NCBI GenBank assembly: GCA_030390025.1
Contig: CM059433.1
Span: 27,902,001 to 27,966,000, forward strand
Source: Squalus acanthias
Lineage: Eukaryota
Length of the DNA stretch: 64,000 nt
Direction: 5' to 3'
In this document: piece by piece, positions 1 to 13,200 of the stretch
Layout: the number at the start of each line of letters is the position of its first letter
Numbering within the stretch: the stretch's first letter is position 1
Notes under the pieces: generated by a model
The model's database searches: none
What the model saw: the letters and a program-made list of their open reading frames with translations, nothing else
Told to the model about the DNA's origin: nothing
Made by a program: the position numbers and the translations under genes

Positions 1-406
1 GAGGTAAAGTTCATCAGCATAGGGCACTGCTCATCAAGCTGCGACCACTGTTGCCTGGTAGCTGGAGCCGAGTGGAGAGAATCCCAGCCCCAGTGATGGA
101 GCTACCCCTTCAAAGTCCCTCAAATGACACAGGCACGAACCACAGCACTGGACAACTGTCGATCTGCCTCGATTTTAAAATTTGCATCCTTGTGTTCAAA
201 TCCCTCCATGGCCTCGCCCCTCCCTATCTCTGTAACCCCCGACAACCCTCAGATCTCTGCGCTCCTCCAATTTGGGCCTCTTGTGCATTACTGAATTTAA
301 TCGCTCCACCATTGCTGGCCGTGCTTTCAGCTGCCTAGGCCCTTAACCTCTGGAATTCCCTCCCTAAACCTCTCTGCCTCTCTCTCCCTTTAAGATGCTC
401 GTTAAA

Positions 407-718
407 ACGGTGGCATAGTGGTTAGCACTGTTGCCTCACAGCGCCAGGGACCCGGGTTCGAATCCGGCCTCGGGTGACTGTCTGTGTGGAGTTTGCACAT
501 TCTCCCCATGTCTGCGTGGGTTTCCTCCGGGCGCTCCGGTTTCCTCCCACAGTCCAAAGATGTGCGGGTTAGGTTGATTTGGCTATGATAAATTGACCCT
601 TAGTGTTAGGGGGGATTAAATACGTGGGGTTACGGGGATAGGGTGGGATATGTGTCGGTGCAGGCTCGATGGGCCGAAATGGCCTCTATCTGCATTGTGG
701 GGATTCTGTGATTCTGTG
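407..718 (+). mobile_element. HE1-type tRNA-derived V-SINE, inserted into an L2 3' fragment (~160-850)
   Basis: A box tggcatagtgg, B box ggttcgaatcc, V-domain gtgtggagtttgcacattctcccc…ggtttcctccggg…ccggtttcctcccacagtccaaaga, CR1-like tail; aaaac repeated at both flanks. Confidence 0.88.
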
Positions 719-1124
719 AAAACCTACTTCTTTGACCAAGCATTCGGTCACCTGTGGCTCGATGTCAAAAAAATTTTGATTACACTCCTGTGAAGCACCG
801 TGGGACATTTTACTATGTTAAAAGGTGCTATATAAATGCAAGTTGTTGTTGTGCCTGCCATAGGGTTCAAATCTCCTATCGCCAGCATGCCACCATATAG
901 CCAACTCAACTCCCCACATGGCTCCACCCATCCCCGAAGGAAGTTGGTTCAACTTAAAATATTTCATTCAATTCATAACCTAAAATGTTTATTTCTTCAA
1001 ACATGATACCTCTTGCATACTGCAAGGATAGAATGCACCCCACCCTCCCATGTGCCAGCCCACCAGATCCAATGGGACGTTCCCTGTAAAATATTAACAT
1101 TGACGTGCGTGTGATTTACTGTAC

Positions 1125-1277
1125 CTGTTTCTCAGAAAGCGACGGCTCCACTCCACCTGGCTCAGCTGCGGGCGATTTGAGTTGTCTCTTAGCTAAGCTC
1201 TTGCTCTTGTCGGACACCCATCTCAACAATTCACCAACTTTATCGACATGCTCTTGCTTTGCTTCTTCGACCGATTT
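1125..1277 (-). CDS. DST: DST exon of the long BPAG1a/b-type isoforms: [51 protein letters not shown]
   Basis: ctgctag/gtacag, 153 nt, phase 0/0; matches recalled human KSLEEEKKEHVEKAKELQKWVS; not in the ORF track. Confidence 0.88.
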
Positions 1278-4200
1278 CTAGCAGAGTTAAAAGACACATT
1301 CTAAACAATCCTCATTCGACCTAATGAACCCCAATTACTTTCCACAAAGTACAAACTAGTAATCAATCATAAATACCCACCAGGGGAGATCACATTTCAA
1401 AACACTCGTCACCCCCTTTTCCCCAAATTTATATTGATCTAGGGCTTAAGGGCAAATTGGCCGATGAATCGATGATTTGATATATATTCAAATATTAAGA
1501 CATTTCCAAGAGAGAAAACCAAAACTGGAACTTTTCCAGATAGACAGTCCTACAAGCCATAAAAATGTATTAGTAAAAATATCGCTTACAAAACTGAATG
1601 CAGTATTTTCCACTTGGTGCGACTCTAGTTTGAACTCTGATGTAAAGGTTACCCCCAAAAACACGAAGCTGCTCCTGCAGATGCTGCCTCACCCACTGTG
1701 CACTTCAGGCAGTTTGAGCTTCCATTTCCGATTTCTTAACACTTCTCCTTAAAACATTTTCTGGGTTGGATATTGTGCCAATACAAGAGCAAAATTTACA
1801 CGACATAGCTACAAGAATATGCAGAGTATACAGTTACAAGTGAAAGGACTCTGCGCGCCAAGTGACTTTTCAAGCAGAAGACAAGGAAAAATTGGAAAAA
1901 GAAGTGTTTCTTTATTCAGAAATGTTGTAATTTAATTACAAACTTTAAAGAGTATTGTTATAAACAGTGCTCAAAAATAGACAGTACCATGAGTGATGAT
2001 CCTTCAAAACTTCATGGAATGCTGCCATATCGGGAAAATATCTTCTTCTGAAGCCATTCTTCTTCAAGAAGGTTTGAGAGATTCAATTGAAAACTGTCCA
2101 CTTAGACATGCTGATCTCCAGGAGTGTTCTCTTATCCATCTAAGAAGTCTTCATATGGACAGTGGCAAATAAGTCCGCACACATTGGCATTTCCCATATT
2201 TGAAGAATTGAAGTATCTAGTTGCTTCAGTCAACTCTTTTGTATTTGGAGACATCTAGCTTATGGTCTACTATTACTACAAAGCATAGTCAGAGAACTTG
2301 AGTACCAAATGCTCATCACTTTTATAAAAAGAAGACAGCTGGACCCAGCAAGAGAGCAACAATTATCTAGATACGTGCTCAGCCTTCCCAGTACGGGTTA
2401 CTATAAACTGGTCCTCGCCTTCTTGTTTAAGATTTTCTTTCCATCCCCACCACCACCCGCTCCTGAATGGAAAGGAAAAACCGGGCGGGTTGTCTAATGC
2501 ACTGGTTCTCAAAGTTTTTTGGTTACAAATGGATTAGTAATCACAGACTCCTCATCTAAATTATACTATATAATACTCTTGATATGAAAGTGCTGCAGGT
2601 AAAGAGTGTTTTAATAATGATTTTATGAAAACAGGTATTTACTTAGATATCAGTGAGATGGGCGTGCAACACTATCATCGATCAACTAGTGCAAGGGGCT
2701 GTGAAATTGTGACTAATTCCTTGCTGATTCTGCCAGCACTGTCAGTTCCTGTCAAATGCACAGCCTATTTTTTCCCACATAGTTCCTTAGCTATTACGAA
2801 TAGTCAGCGAGCAGAGATTTGCACTGAAATATTGCTTTAGCAGCATGCTCATCCATCGCAACCCATTTTATTATGCCTTATATTGTATATTCCGCCTGCC
2901 TTTGCTAGACTCTTAATTGCTTCTCCTCAGTAACAAGTCGGCACGTGAGTGTAGACGTTGTTCGCAGGAAGTGTGGATGGGGAGCGAAGATGAGAGGGGG
3001 GGGGCGATTAACTGGCCACTCACCCCCTCTTTCCCCACCTGGGATGAACGGTTTGTCCAGGGTCCACAGGCTTGAGCAAGTACCGACCGATTCGAAAAGT
3101 CAGAGCAGGTGAAAAATCTGCGACCTCATTTTTATTCATGATGCGGAGATGCCGGTGTTGGACTGGGGTGGACAAAAGTGAGAAGTCGCACAACACCAGG
3201 TTATAGTCCAACAGCTTTATTTGAAATCACAAGCTTTCGGAGCGCTGCTCCTTCGTCAGGTGACGAAGGAGCAACGCTCCGAAAGCTTGTGATTTCAAAT
3301 AAAGCTGTTGGACTATAACCTGGTGTTGTGCGACTTCTCACTTTTATTGAGAGAGATTTGGGGGTGTGCTTGTCTTTAATGATGAGCCTGTATATCTCCA
3401 TAATTAACAACCCGCTGACAAAATCAAGGAAGTCAGTTTCAAAGCCGCACACATCTGGAGAACCATGAATTGCAGACTCATTGTGCTCAGTCCACTGAAT
3501 AAGTTGGGACTCTAAACTGAGCTGTCTGCTATTCACATTATTTCATGGACTGCCTGGAAAGTCTCTACGGACCCCAGTTTGAGAACCACTGGTCTAACGG
3601 ACGGCGGATCCGATATCACCCGTTTTACACCCAAGGTTGAAAGTGTCACCCGTTGATGCCTTGGTGCTACAGGTACAACACACCCTCTGCAGCCCTCAAC
3701 CCAGCGACCGTTCTTCATGCCTGAGCCGAGGCAGTCGGCGGTGGCAGGCTATTTGGCTACTGAGGCATCAGAGCTGAGCCCGACCCTGTTCCTCACTCAA
3801 CATCGACACAAAGGAACTTGCAGCAGATGGCCACTGGATAGCATTTCAGGAGCAGGAAGCCGGGCCAGCAAATTCCCTCCCTAACTAGGCAACACTGAGG
3901 CCCATTAAAAGCACCACTACTCAGAACAGACCATGGATCAAAGCTGGGAGTTCTTGGTCTGTATAGCTCAGCTACTTGTGGCCTTAGTCAGATGAGCCAT
4001 TGGATAAGGCCATGAGAGAGGGTTAACCTGATTATACTACAATTTCCACTCTAAGAAGAGACCAATATCTGATCAGATCACAAAGGCTGGTAAAGTTTAT
4101 TAAATTCACACTTTGTAGAATGTTTTGAAAATGTACCAGCTCATGTATATGATAGAATCACAGAATGATAAAGCACAGAAGGAGGCCAATCAGCCCACTT

Positions 4201-7200
4201 TGCCTGTGCCGGCTCTTAGAAAGAGCGATCCAATTCGTCCCACTCCCCTTGCTCTTTCCCCGTAGTCCTGCAAATGTTTCCTCTTCAAATATTTATCCAA
4301 TTCCCTTTTTGGAAGCTATTATTGAATCTGCTTCCACCACCCTTTCAGGAAGTGCATTCCAGATCATAACAACTGGCTAAATTATTAAAAATCTCAACAA
4401 CCATCACCAAGTTCTGCAGAAGTTCACACCGTGTCCCAACAAATATTCCTCCATGAGCAGAACATTCCTTTTCATAGAGGGAAAAGTCTGTCCCATTTTA
4501 GAAGGGTTATGAGTGGAATAAATGATAAACTGTAAAATACTATCCTGTGATCCTTCTGTAGACATTGCATTCGGATCTCAGTCCAGCTCGAGACAGTTTA
4601 TTTTCTTGCAGGGAAGCCTGCTAAATGCTACAAGGGGGAGGGTGAACTTCACAGGGTTTCTGCACGAGCCAAATTTCTCCAGAAGGCGGCAAGCAAGGGC
4701 TAAGAAACCGTGACACTTGTAAGCCACCTAATTTTAATGGCAAAAACCTACTAAAGTAGCGAACATTTTACAGGAGTTTATTGCTGAATCACGTTTTCAC
4801 CAATAAGCAATCTGACAACATGTATTTCTAGTGTGTCCATTCACCAAGGACATTAAAAGCATAGGGCCCGTGAGCATAGATCTGATAGGCAAGGTGAGTT
4901 AGAAGGGCTAAAATGGCCTCATTTTCCTGCTTTCATAGGTTGTAATGAGCACAATACTTCACAGAATCTTTCATCATGCCTGTGCTGGCTCTTTGAAAGA
5001 GTTATCCAATTAGTCCCACTCTCCCGCTCTCCCTCATAGCCCTGCAAATCTTTCCTTTCCGTTCCATTCCCTTCCCTTCCACTTCCCTTTTGAATGTTAC
5101 TATTGAATCTGCTTCCACCACACTTTCAGGCAGTGCGCATTCCAGACCATAACAACTCGCTGCGTAAAAATGTTTCTCCTCATCTCAGCTCTGGTTCTTT
5201 TGCCAATTATCTTAAATCTCTGGCCGCTGGTTACTGACCCTACTTCGAGTGGAAACAGTTTCTCCCGATCTACGCTGTCAAAACCCTTCATAACTTTGAA
5301 CACTACAGGGCAGTGAGAAAATGGGACAATAGTTATGCTTTTTAAGATGCTAGAGTATCAAACACTTCGGGTGATAGAATACAAAACTGGTGAGTAATAT
5401 GTGTGACTCAAATGGGGGGAGCCCAGTCATGCAATTGCTGTTCCAATGTACCACAAAGTGGCAGAAAGCAACCAACACGAGAGAATAACCGACTTCACCA
5501 GGCCTCACCAACCTATCTGTCGCAAATGCATCTGTCCATGCCGGTATTGGTAGAAGTGATCATCGCACAGTCCTTGTGGAGACCAAGTCCCGTCTTCACA
5601 CTGAGGACACCGTCCAACGTGTCATGAGGCACTACCACCATGCTAAGTGGGATAGATTAAGATCAGATCTAGCATCTAAGCACAATTCCTAGTTCACATC
5701 ATTGGCACCACCGTGAGGTCCTGAGCAGGACACTTGTTGCTTCCATACAGGCACATGGGTAGTCACTCAAACTGCTCTCATTTATGTCCTTTTTGGTCAA
5801 CTAAAAGAGCAATAGTGAACAGAATTTGGGATGAAACAGGGCCTCAACAGCAAAAGGGGGGGGTGCCACTGAAAGATGTCAGGGAAAGATGAAAAGGAGG
5901 CAAGAATGGGCCCCATGCATTTAAACAACAACAACAACTTGTATTTATATAGCGCCTTTAACATTGTAAAACGTTCCAAGGCGCTTCACAGGAGTAGTAC
6001 AAGACAAAAATTTGCTCCTTGTTTTAAGAACATAAGAAATAGGAGCAGGAGTAGGCCATTTGGCCCTTCGAGCCTGCTCCGCCATTCAATAAGATCATGG
6101 CTGATCTTCTACCTCATCTCCACCTTCCTGCACTATTCCCTTAATATTCAAAAATGTATTGATTTCTGTCTTGAATATACTCAATGACTGAGCCTCCACA
6201 GCCCTCTGGCGTAGAAAATTCCAAAGATTCACCATCCTCTGAATGAAAAAAATTCTCATCTCAGTCTTAAATGGCCGACCCCTTATTCTGAGACTGTGAC
6301 CCCTGGTTCTAGACTCCCCAGCCAGGGGAAACATCCTCCATGCAACTACCCTGTCAAGCCCTGTAAGAATTTTGTATGTTTCAATGAGATCACCTCTCAT
6401 TCTTCTAATCTCTAGAGAATATAGGCCTAGTCTACTCAATCTCTCCTCACAGGACAACCCCCCATTCCAGGAACCAGTCTGGTGCACCTTCATTGCACTC
6501 CCTCCCTCTATGGCAAGTATATCCTTCCTTCCTGGTCTCACCAGGGCCCTATATAATTGCAGTAAGACGTCTTTACGCGTATACTCAAATCCTCTTGTAA
6601 TAAAGGCCAACATACCATTTGCTTTCCTAATTGCTTGCTGTATCTGCATGTTAACTTTCAGTGATTTGTGCACAAGGACACCCAGGTCCCTCTGAACACC
6701 AACATTTTCCAATCTCTCACCATTTAAAAAACTCTGCTTTTCTATTTTTCCTACCAAAGTGGATAGCTTCACATTTCTCCACATTATATTCCATTTGCCA
6801 TGTTCTTGCCCACACAGTTAGCCTGTCTATATCCCCTTGAAGCCTCCTTGCATCCTCCTGACAACTTACATTCCCACCCAGCTTTGCATCAGCAGCAAAC
6901 CTGGATATATTACATTTGGTCCCCTCATCTAAATCATTGATGTAGATTGTGAATAGCTGAGGCCCAAGCACTGATCCTTGCGGTACCTCACTAGTTACAA
7001 CCTGACAACCCGAAAATGACCCGTTTATTCCTACTCTCTGTTTTCTGTCCGTTAACCAATCCTCAAGCCATGCTCGTATATTACTCCCAATCCCATGAGC
7101 CCTAACTTTGTTTAATAACCTCTTATGTGGCACCTTATCGAATGCCTTCTGAAAATCCAAATACACCACATTCACTGGTTCCCCCTTATCTATTCTGCTA

Positions 7201-10200
7201 GTTACAACCTCAAAATATTCTAACAGATTTGTCAAACACGAATTCCCTTTCATGAATCCGCGTCGACTCTGCCCAATCCTATTATTATTTTCTAAGTGCT
7301 CTGTTACCACGTCCTTAATAATAGATTCTAGCATTTTCCCTACTGCTGATGTCAGGCTAACTGGTCTGTAGTTCCTCATTTGCTCTCTTCCCTCCTTTAT
7401 TAAATAGTGGGGTTACATTTGCTACCTTCCAATCCACGGGAACCTTTCTACTAGAATCTATGGAATTTTGGAAAATAACAACCAATGCATCCACTATCTC
7501 TATAGCCACCTCTTTCAAAACCCTAGGATGTAGGCCATCAGGTCGAAGGGATTTATCAGCTTTCAGTCCCATTCATTTCTCCAGTACTATTCTTTTACTA
7601 ATACTAATTTCTTTCAGTTCCTCATTCTCGCTAGACCCTTGGTTCTCCACTATTTCCAGGAAGTTCTTTGCGTCTTCTTCCGTGAAAATAGACACAAAGT
7701 ATTTGTTTAATTTCTCAGCCATTTCCTTATTCCCCATTATAATTTCTCCCGTCTCAGCCTGTAAGGGACCCCACATTTACTTTTGTTAATCTTTTCCTTT
7801 TTACATACCTATAGAAGCTTTTACAGTCTGTTTTTATGTCTCTCGCTAGTTTACTCTCATATTCTATCTTCCCTTTATCAATTTCGTGGTCCTCCTTTGC
7901 TGAATTCCAAAATCCTCCTACTCCTCAGGCTTATTACTCTTTTTGGCAACATTATAAGCCTCTTCCTTTAATCTAATACTATCTAACTTCTCGTTAGCCA
8001 AGTTGGACCACTTTTCCTGCAGGGTTTTTGTGCCTTAATGGAATGTGTATTAGTTGTAAATTATGTATTAATTGTTTAAATGCTAGCCATTGCTTGTCTA
8101 CCGTCATACCTTTTAATGTAGCTTCCCAATCTACCTCAGCCAACTCGCCCCTCATACCTACGTAGTTTGCTTTGTTTAGATTTAAGACCCTAGTTTCGGA
8201 TTAAACGAAATCACTTTCAAACTCAATATAAAATTCTATCATATTATGGTCACTCTTCCCTCAGGACCCCTTTACTACAAGGTTATTAATTAGCCCTTTC
8301 TCATTGCACAATATTAGATCTAAAATAGCCTGTTTCCTAGTTGGTTCCTCAACATACTGATTCATAAACTAACTCAGCCAAAGCTTTATATAAGACTACA
8401 ACATGGCATACATAAGCTGAGAAATTATGTGGTAAAGGAGATGGAAAAACAACGGTGAAGCATTAAATGACAGCATTCGGCTGTTCAGCTGCCTCCAGTA
8501 ATCTCAAGCCTGTGTGGCAGTCGAATACGGCTCTGGCCAAAGCCTCTTTGTAGGAGATCTTCTGCTTGGTTTTTGGACAAACCAAGTTCCTGGTGTGCAT
8601 CTTTTCATCCCGCAGTCTCTGAGCAGTCTGCTCAGAGATAAGACTCCTTCTCAGAGCATCCTCCAAGGAAATCCTTCCGTACAAATTTGGATCCACTAGC
8701 CCACCGGTCAAATACTGCAGCTCCAGGAATCGGTGCCCTAGGTCGCGTCCCAAAAGGTTCCTACGCAGAGCTTCTGCGGTTGATAAAGTAGCCCGTGTCC
8801 CTGACTGGAGGAAGCCTCTGTAAGCCTGCTGAGATTTTTGGATGCTGGCGGCAATTTCAGTGTCGATTAAGTCTTTCTGCAATGCTTCCGAAATGGAGAA
8901 TTTCTTCCCAGTTGCTGGATCAGTTATCCCACCAGTACAAGCTTGTGCTTCAAGCAGTCGAGTGGCTGTCAGCCGTTCCACTAAATTCTGACGCATGGCT
9001 TTCAGGACAGAAATTCTTCTGCATCCATTAGGATCCCAAATACCTGCAATTGGACTATTAGGATCGGTGGCAACAGTGGTCCTACTCGTCAACATGTCAG
9101 CGAGCTCAGTCACGGTGATACGTCCATCTCGGTATCTATTTAGATCTGTTTGGCTAATGTTACCCTGGGTTAAAGCATCATCAATGTTGAACTGCCTTCC
9201 AGAGTTACTGTCAGTAAGAAAATACTGGGTGATGCCCTGCGACTCATCAATAGTCTCCCTCCACTGGGACTGCAGTGCTGAAAGTTCAAGGTAGGTCTGC
9301 TTCTCAATATAGTACTTCAGAAATGCATCATATAAAGTTATTTCTGATTTTGTGCTGGTATCGACCACTGAAATAGTGTTAGGCCTTGTAGGGGAAGGGG
9401 TGGAAATCTTCCGTGTCCCAAAGGGGAGGAGGAGATAATTCCCTTCTAAATCCACCACACACAATTTCATCAATTCTGCATAATGCATAGCTTGTCCTGT
9501 GTTGTTCGGATTCTGAAAGCCTTTCACGTTGCCAAGCACCTTGTAGAGGTTTTGGATAGTGTCGCAACTGAGGAGACCTTGCTTGCACGCAGTCTCCAGC
9601 GGTAATCTAACACTTCGCACTGGGTCAACAATTCCTCCTGTGGCAATCTGAACTTCAAGCAGCCGTCTTCCAGTTTGCCTTGCAAGCAGCTTGCGCTCCA
9701 TGGCTTGGAATACAGACAAGGTCTTACCGTAATGAAAATACCCTGTGACCCCTTTCTCTGCTTGAAGCAGACTCTCCTTGAATTCAGGGGCAACTATACC
9801 TTTCTCAATTGCCTCCTGAACAGAGTACTTTTCACTTGACAGTGCGTTGACAATATAACCTGTCGCAGCTTGAGCTTCCAGGAACTCGAGGGCTACAGAG
9901 GTTCCAATGATCCCTTCTTTCGCTGCCTCGTAGAAGGACATTTTCTGTTTGCTGGATTCCAAGTATAGGCCAGCAATTGAGTTAACCTTGTTCAGATACT
10001 TGCCAAGGGACTTCTGAACTTGGGAAACGGTCTCGATTCCTTTTTCAAGCTGTTCAGCAACATTTTTGTTCAAGAGCTCAGCCTCAACCAGCTCCTTCAC
10101 CGTCACCTGGTGGCGCAGACCTTGAAATTCCAGAGTTTTAGTTGAAGGAAAGATTTCGTCTTGGGCTTTGCTCAGTATGTTTTGGTTGCTGCTCGTGTGA

Positions 10201-13200
10201 TATTTGTCGGCGACTTGTACAGGAAATGTTGCGTTATTCTTCTGGTTAGGATGCACTGGTAGTTTCTCACTTGTCTCAGAGTGCAGTTTAGCTGGTGCAT
10301 TCTGCGAGAATACTTCAGTACGAGAAAAAATGCTCATTTTGCTTAATCGAGCTGCCACAAAATCACCCTCGTGTTTGTGCCATTCTCTCTGACCACTGCA
10401 AGATGCAAGAGCATCCTGTACGTTCTCACTTGGTTCAAGGTCTTTTTGTTCTGCTTCTAAATGTTTGGAGTTATCTTTTAATCTTTCATTACCAATCGAA
10501 ACGGTCTCTCTGTCCTGGAAAGCTTTTCCCATTGCGCCACGTGATTTGCTTAGCTCCACTTTTGCCATCTGTGAAAATTAATAATGTTGATAATGATGAG
10601 GAGTTGGATTGCAGCTGAGATGGGCCAGAACCCAGAGCGAGAGAGAGAGAAAGAGTGCCAAAAAGAGCAAATTCACAAAAGCCAAGATCCCTCAAAGATC
10701 AGTGGAATGAACTGCTGGAACAAAGGTCCTCTGAAAGATTTAAGACTTGCCATGTAATTGCTGAAACAATACCACCAGTAACCATGGCAGCAAAGCAAAT
10801 TATCACATGAGACAAAAGATATTCAAGAGACCAGTTTCTTTAGTAGACCAGAATCATAGTAATTCTACTCCTCCTGTCCCTCTTCCTCCATTACAAATTG
10901 GTTTCCACCCCCCCCCCCCCCACCCCAGTGGAAGTTTAAAATATTTTGATAATTCTGTATTAAAAAGTTAAATTATTGCTTTTAACAATGTGACAAACTT
11001 TTGATTCTTCTCAAGCCAAGGTACATAAATAGCTGATTGTTCCCAAAAACCCTCAGTGGAGACGAGCTAATTCCAGGGCAAACTAACTCCAATATTCAAA
11101 TAATGACCTCTGCTCAACAATGTGGGAGGAGTTTAACTCCGCCCCAGGGCCTAGTGGGAGTACGCACTTCATTTCCTGACTAACATGCCGCACAAATTCA
11201 GCAAAATTAGTTCATTACAAAATGCTATCGTTACCTAATACGCTATTTGTTGAAAGCTAATTCAAGCACAGTTTAGGGAGACCAAAACTAGGGGCCACCA
11301 ATATAAGCTAGTCACTAATAAATCCAATAGGGAATTCAGGAGAAACTTATTCACCCAGAGAGTGGTGAGAATGTGGAACTCGCTACCACAAGGAGTGGTT
11401 GAGGCGAATAGCGTAGATGCATTTAAGGGGAAGCTAGATAAACACATGAGGGAGAAAGGAATAGAAGGATATGCTGACAGAGTTAGATGGAGAGCGGTGG
11501 GAGGAGGCTCGTGTGAAGCATAAACACTGGCATAGACCAGTTGGGCCGAATGGCCTGTTTCTGTGCTGTGCATGCTATGTAATTCTATATAAAATCTGCC
11601 AGACTCTTATTATTAAGCATAACCAGTCTGGCAGCCCCTCTTCACTTTTGTTCAATAAATTGTACACATTTGTGAACTCATGTCAGTTGTGTCGTATGGA
11701 AGTTGAAGGAGATTGCACAGAGTTTGTCGGCACAGTTGTGCATTTGCTGGGAGCAGAGGGGTCGTTAACAGCAGGATTCCTGGCCAAAGTGGGGTGGTGG
11801 GCCTGTGGGATTGGGCCATCACTCATTGCAGGGTTTGGGAGGAGTCAGATATTCTTCCAATTTACAACGTTGGTTTACCTGTCCCTTCTTACGATGGGTG
11901 GAGGTGGGTGGCATGGCCTGGGTGGTCTGAGGATGGGTGTCTCTTGTGAGTAACTTCACTCTACTTGGTGTTCCAACTGATCTATATACCGTAGATGCTT
12001 TGGCCATATTTGCTGAAACTAGCTCATCTCCAGGTTCCCCAAGCCAGGAATTGGTCTCTGGTGCCCATTAGTCCCCAAGCATGAAGGAGGACTCAATCAC
12101 TCCACACTAAGACATCACCAGAGTGACCCAAGGTGAAAAATCTTGTCCTGGAACTTGGTCTTCCGCATAACCCATGGTTCAGCATAGAAGCAGAGACCGT
12201 GCTGCCAGCCAGCTTACCCACCCAACACAGCTGACCCTTCACAGACCCTCCCCAACAAAGCCCATCATTCACAGACCCTCCCCGACACAACCCATCATTC
12301 ACAGACCCTCCCCAACACAGCCCATCATTCACAGACCCTCCCCAACACAGCCCATCATTCACAGACCCTCCCCAACACAGCACATCCTTCACAGACCCTC
12401 CCCAACACAGCACATCCTTCACAGACCCTCCCCAACACAGCCCATCATTCACAGACCCTCCCCGACACAGCCCATCATTCACAGACCCTCCCCCAACACA
12501 GCACATCCTTCACAGACCCTCCCCAACACAGCCCATCATTCACAGACCCTCCCCAACACAGCCCATCATTCACAGACCCTCCCCAACACAGCACATCCTT
12601 CACAGACCCTCCCCAACACAGCCCATCATTCACAGACCCTCCCCAACACAGCACATCCTTCACAGACCCTCCCCAACACAGCACATCCTTCACAGACCCT
12701 CCCCAACACAGCCCATCATTCACAGACCCTCCCCAACACAGCCCATCATTCACAGACCCTCCCCAACACAGCACATCATTCACAGACCCTCCCCAACACA
12801 GCTGACCCTTCACAGACCCTCCCCAACACAGCCCATCATTCACAGACCCTCCCAGACACAGCCCATCATTCACAGACCCTCCCCGACACAGCCCATCATT
12901 CACAGACCCTCCCCGACACAGCCCATCATTCACAGACCCTCCCCAACACAGCCCATCATTCACAGACCCTCCCCGACACAGCACATCCTTCACAGACCCT
13001 CCCCGACACAGCCCATCATTCACAGACCCTCCCCGACACAGCCCATCATTCACAGACCCTCCCCGACACAGCCTACACCACAGACCCCCCCAGACAAGCT
13101 TGGCCACTGCTATTGTGGCCCAGCCCGGATGTTCAGTCCTCTAACCCTAACCCTTCCCCACTGTGATTGGACACAGATTTTTAGTTGGTGAGACAAATAC

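Noticed and set aside
8463..10568. Stand-alone single-exon gene starting at the ATG at 10568
   Set aside because: The ATG directly follows a strong acceptor (ttttcacag) in phase with the rod exon, so it is the terminal exon of BP230.
12093..13166. 330-aa, 210-aa and 137-aa repetitive ORFs; resemblance to a CRISPR-like array
   Set aside because: They arise from a 30-bp tandem unit with no unique spacers. A single-base insertion breaks the frame, I found no splice support, and the context is eukaryotic.
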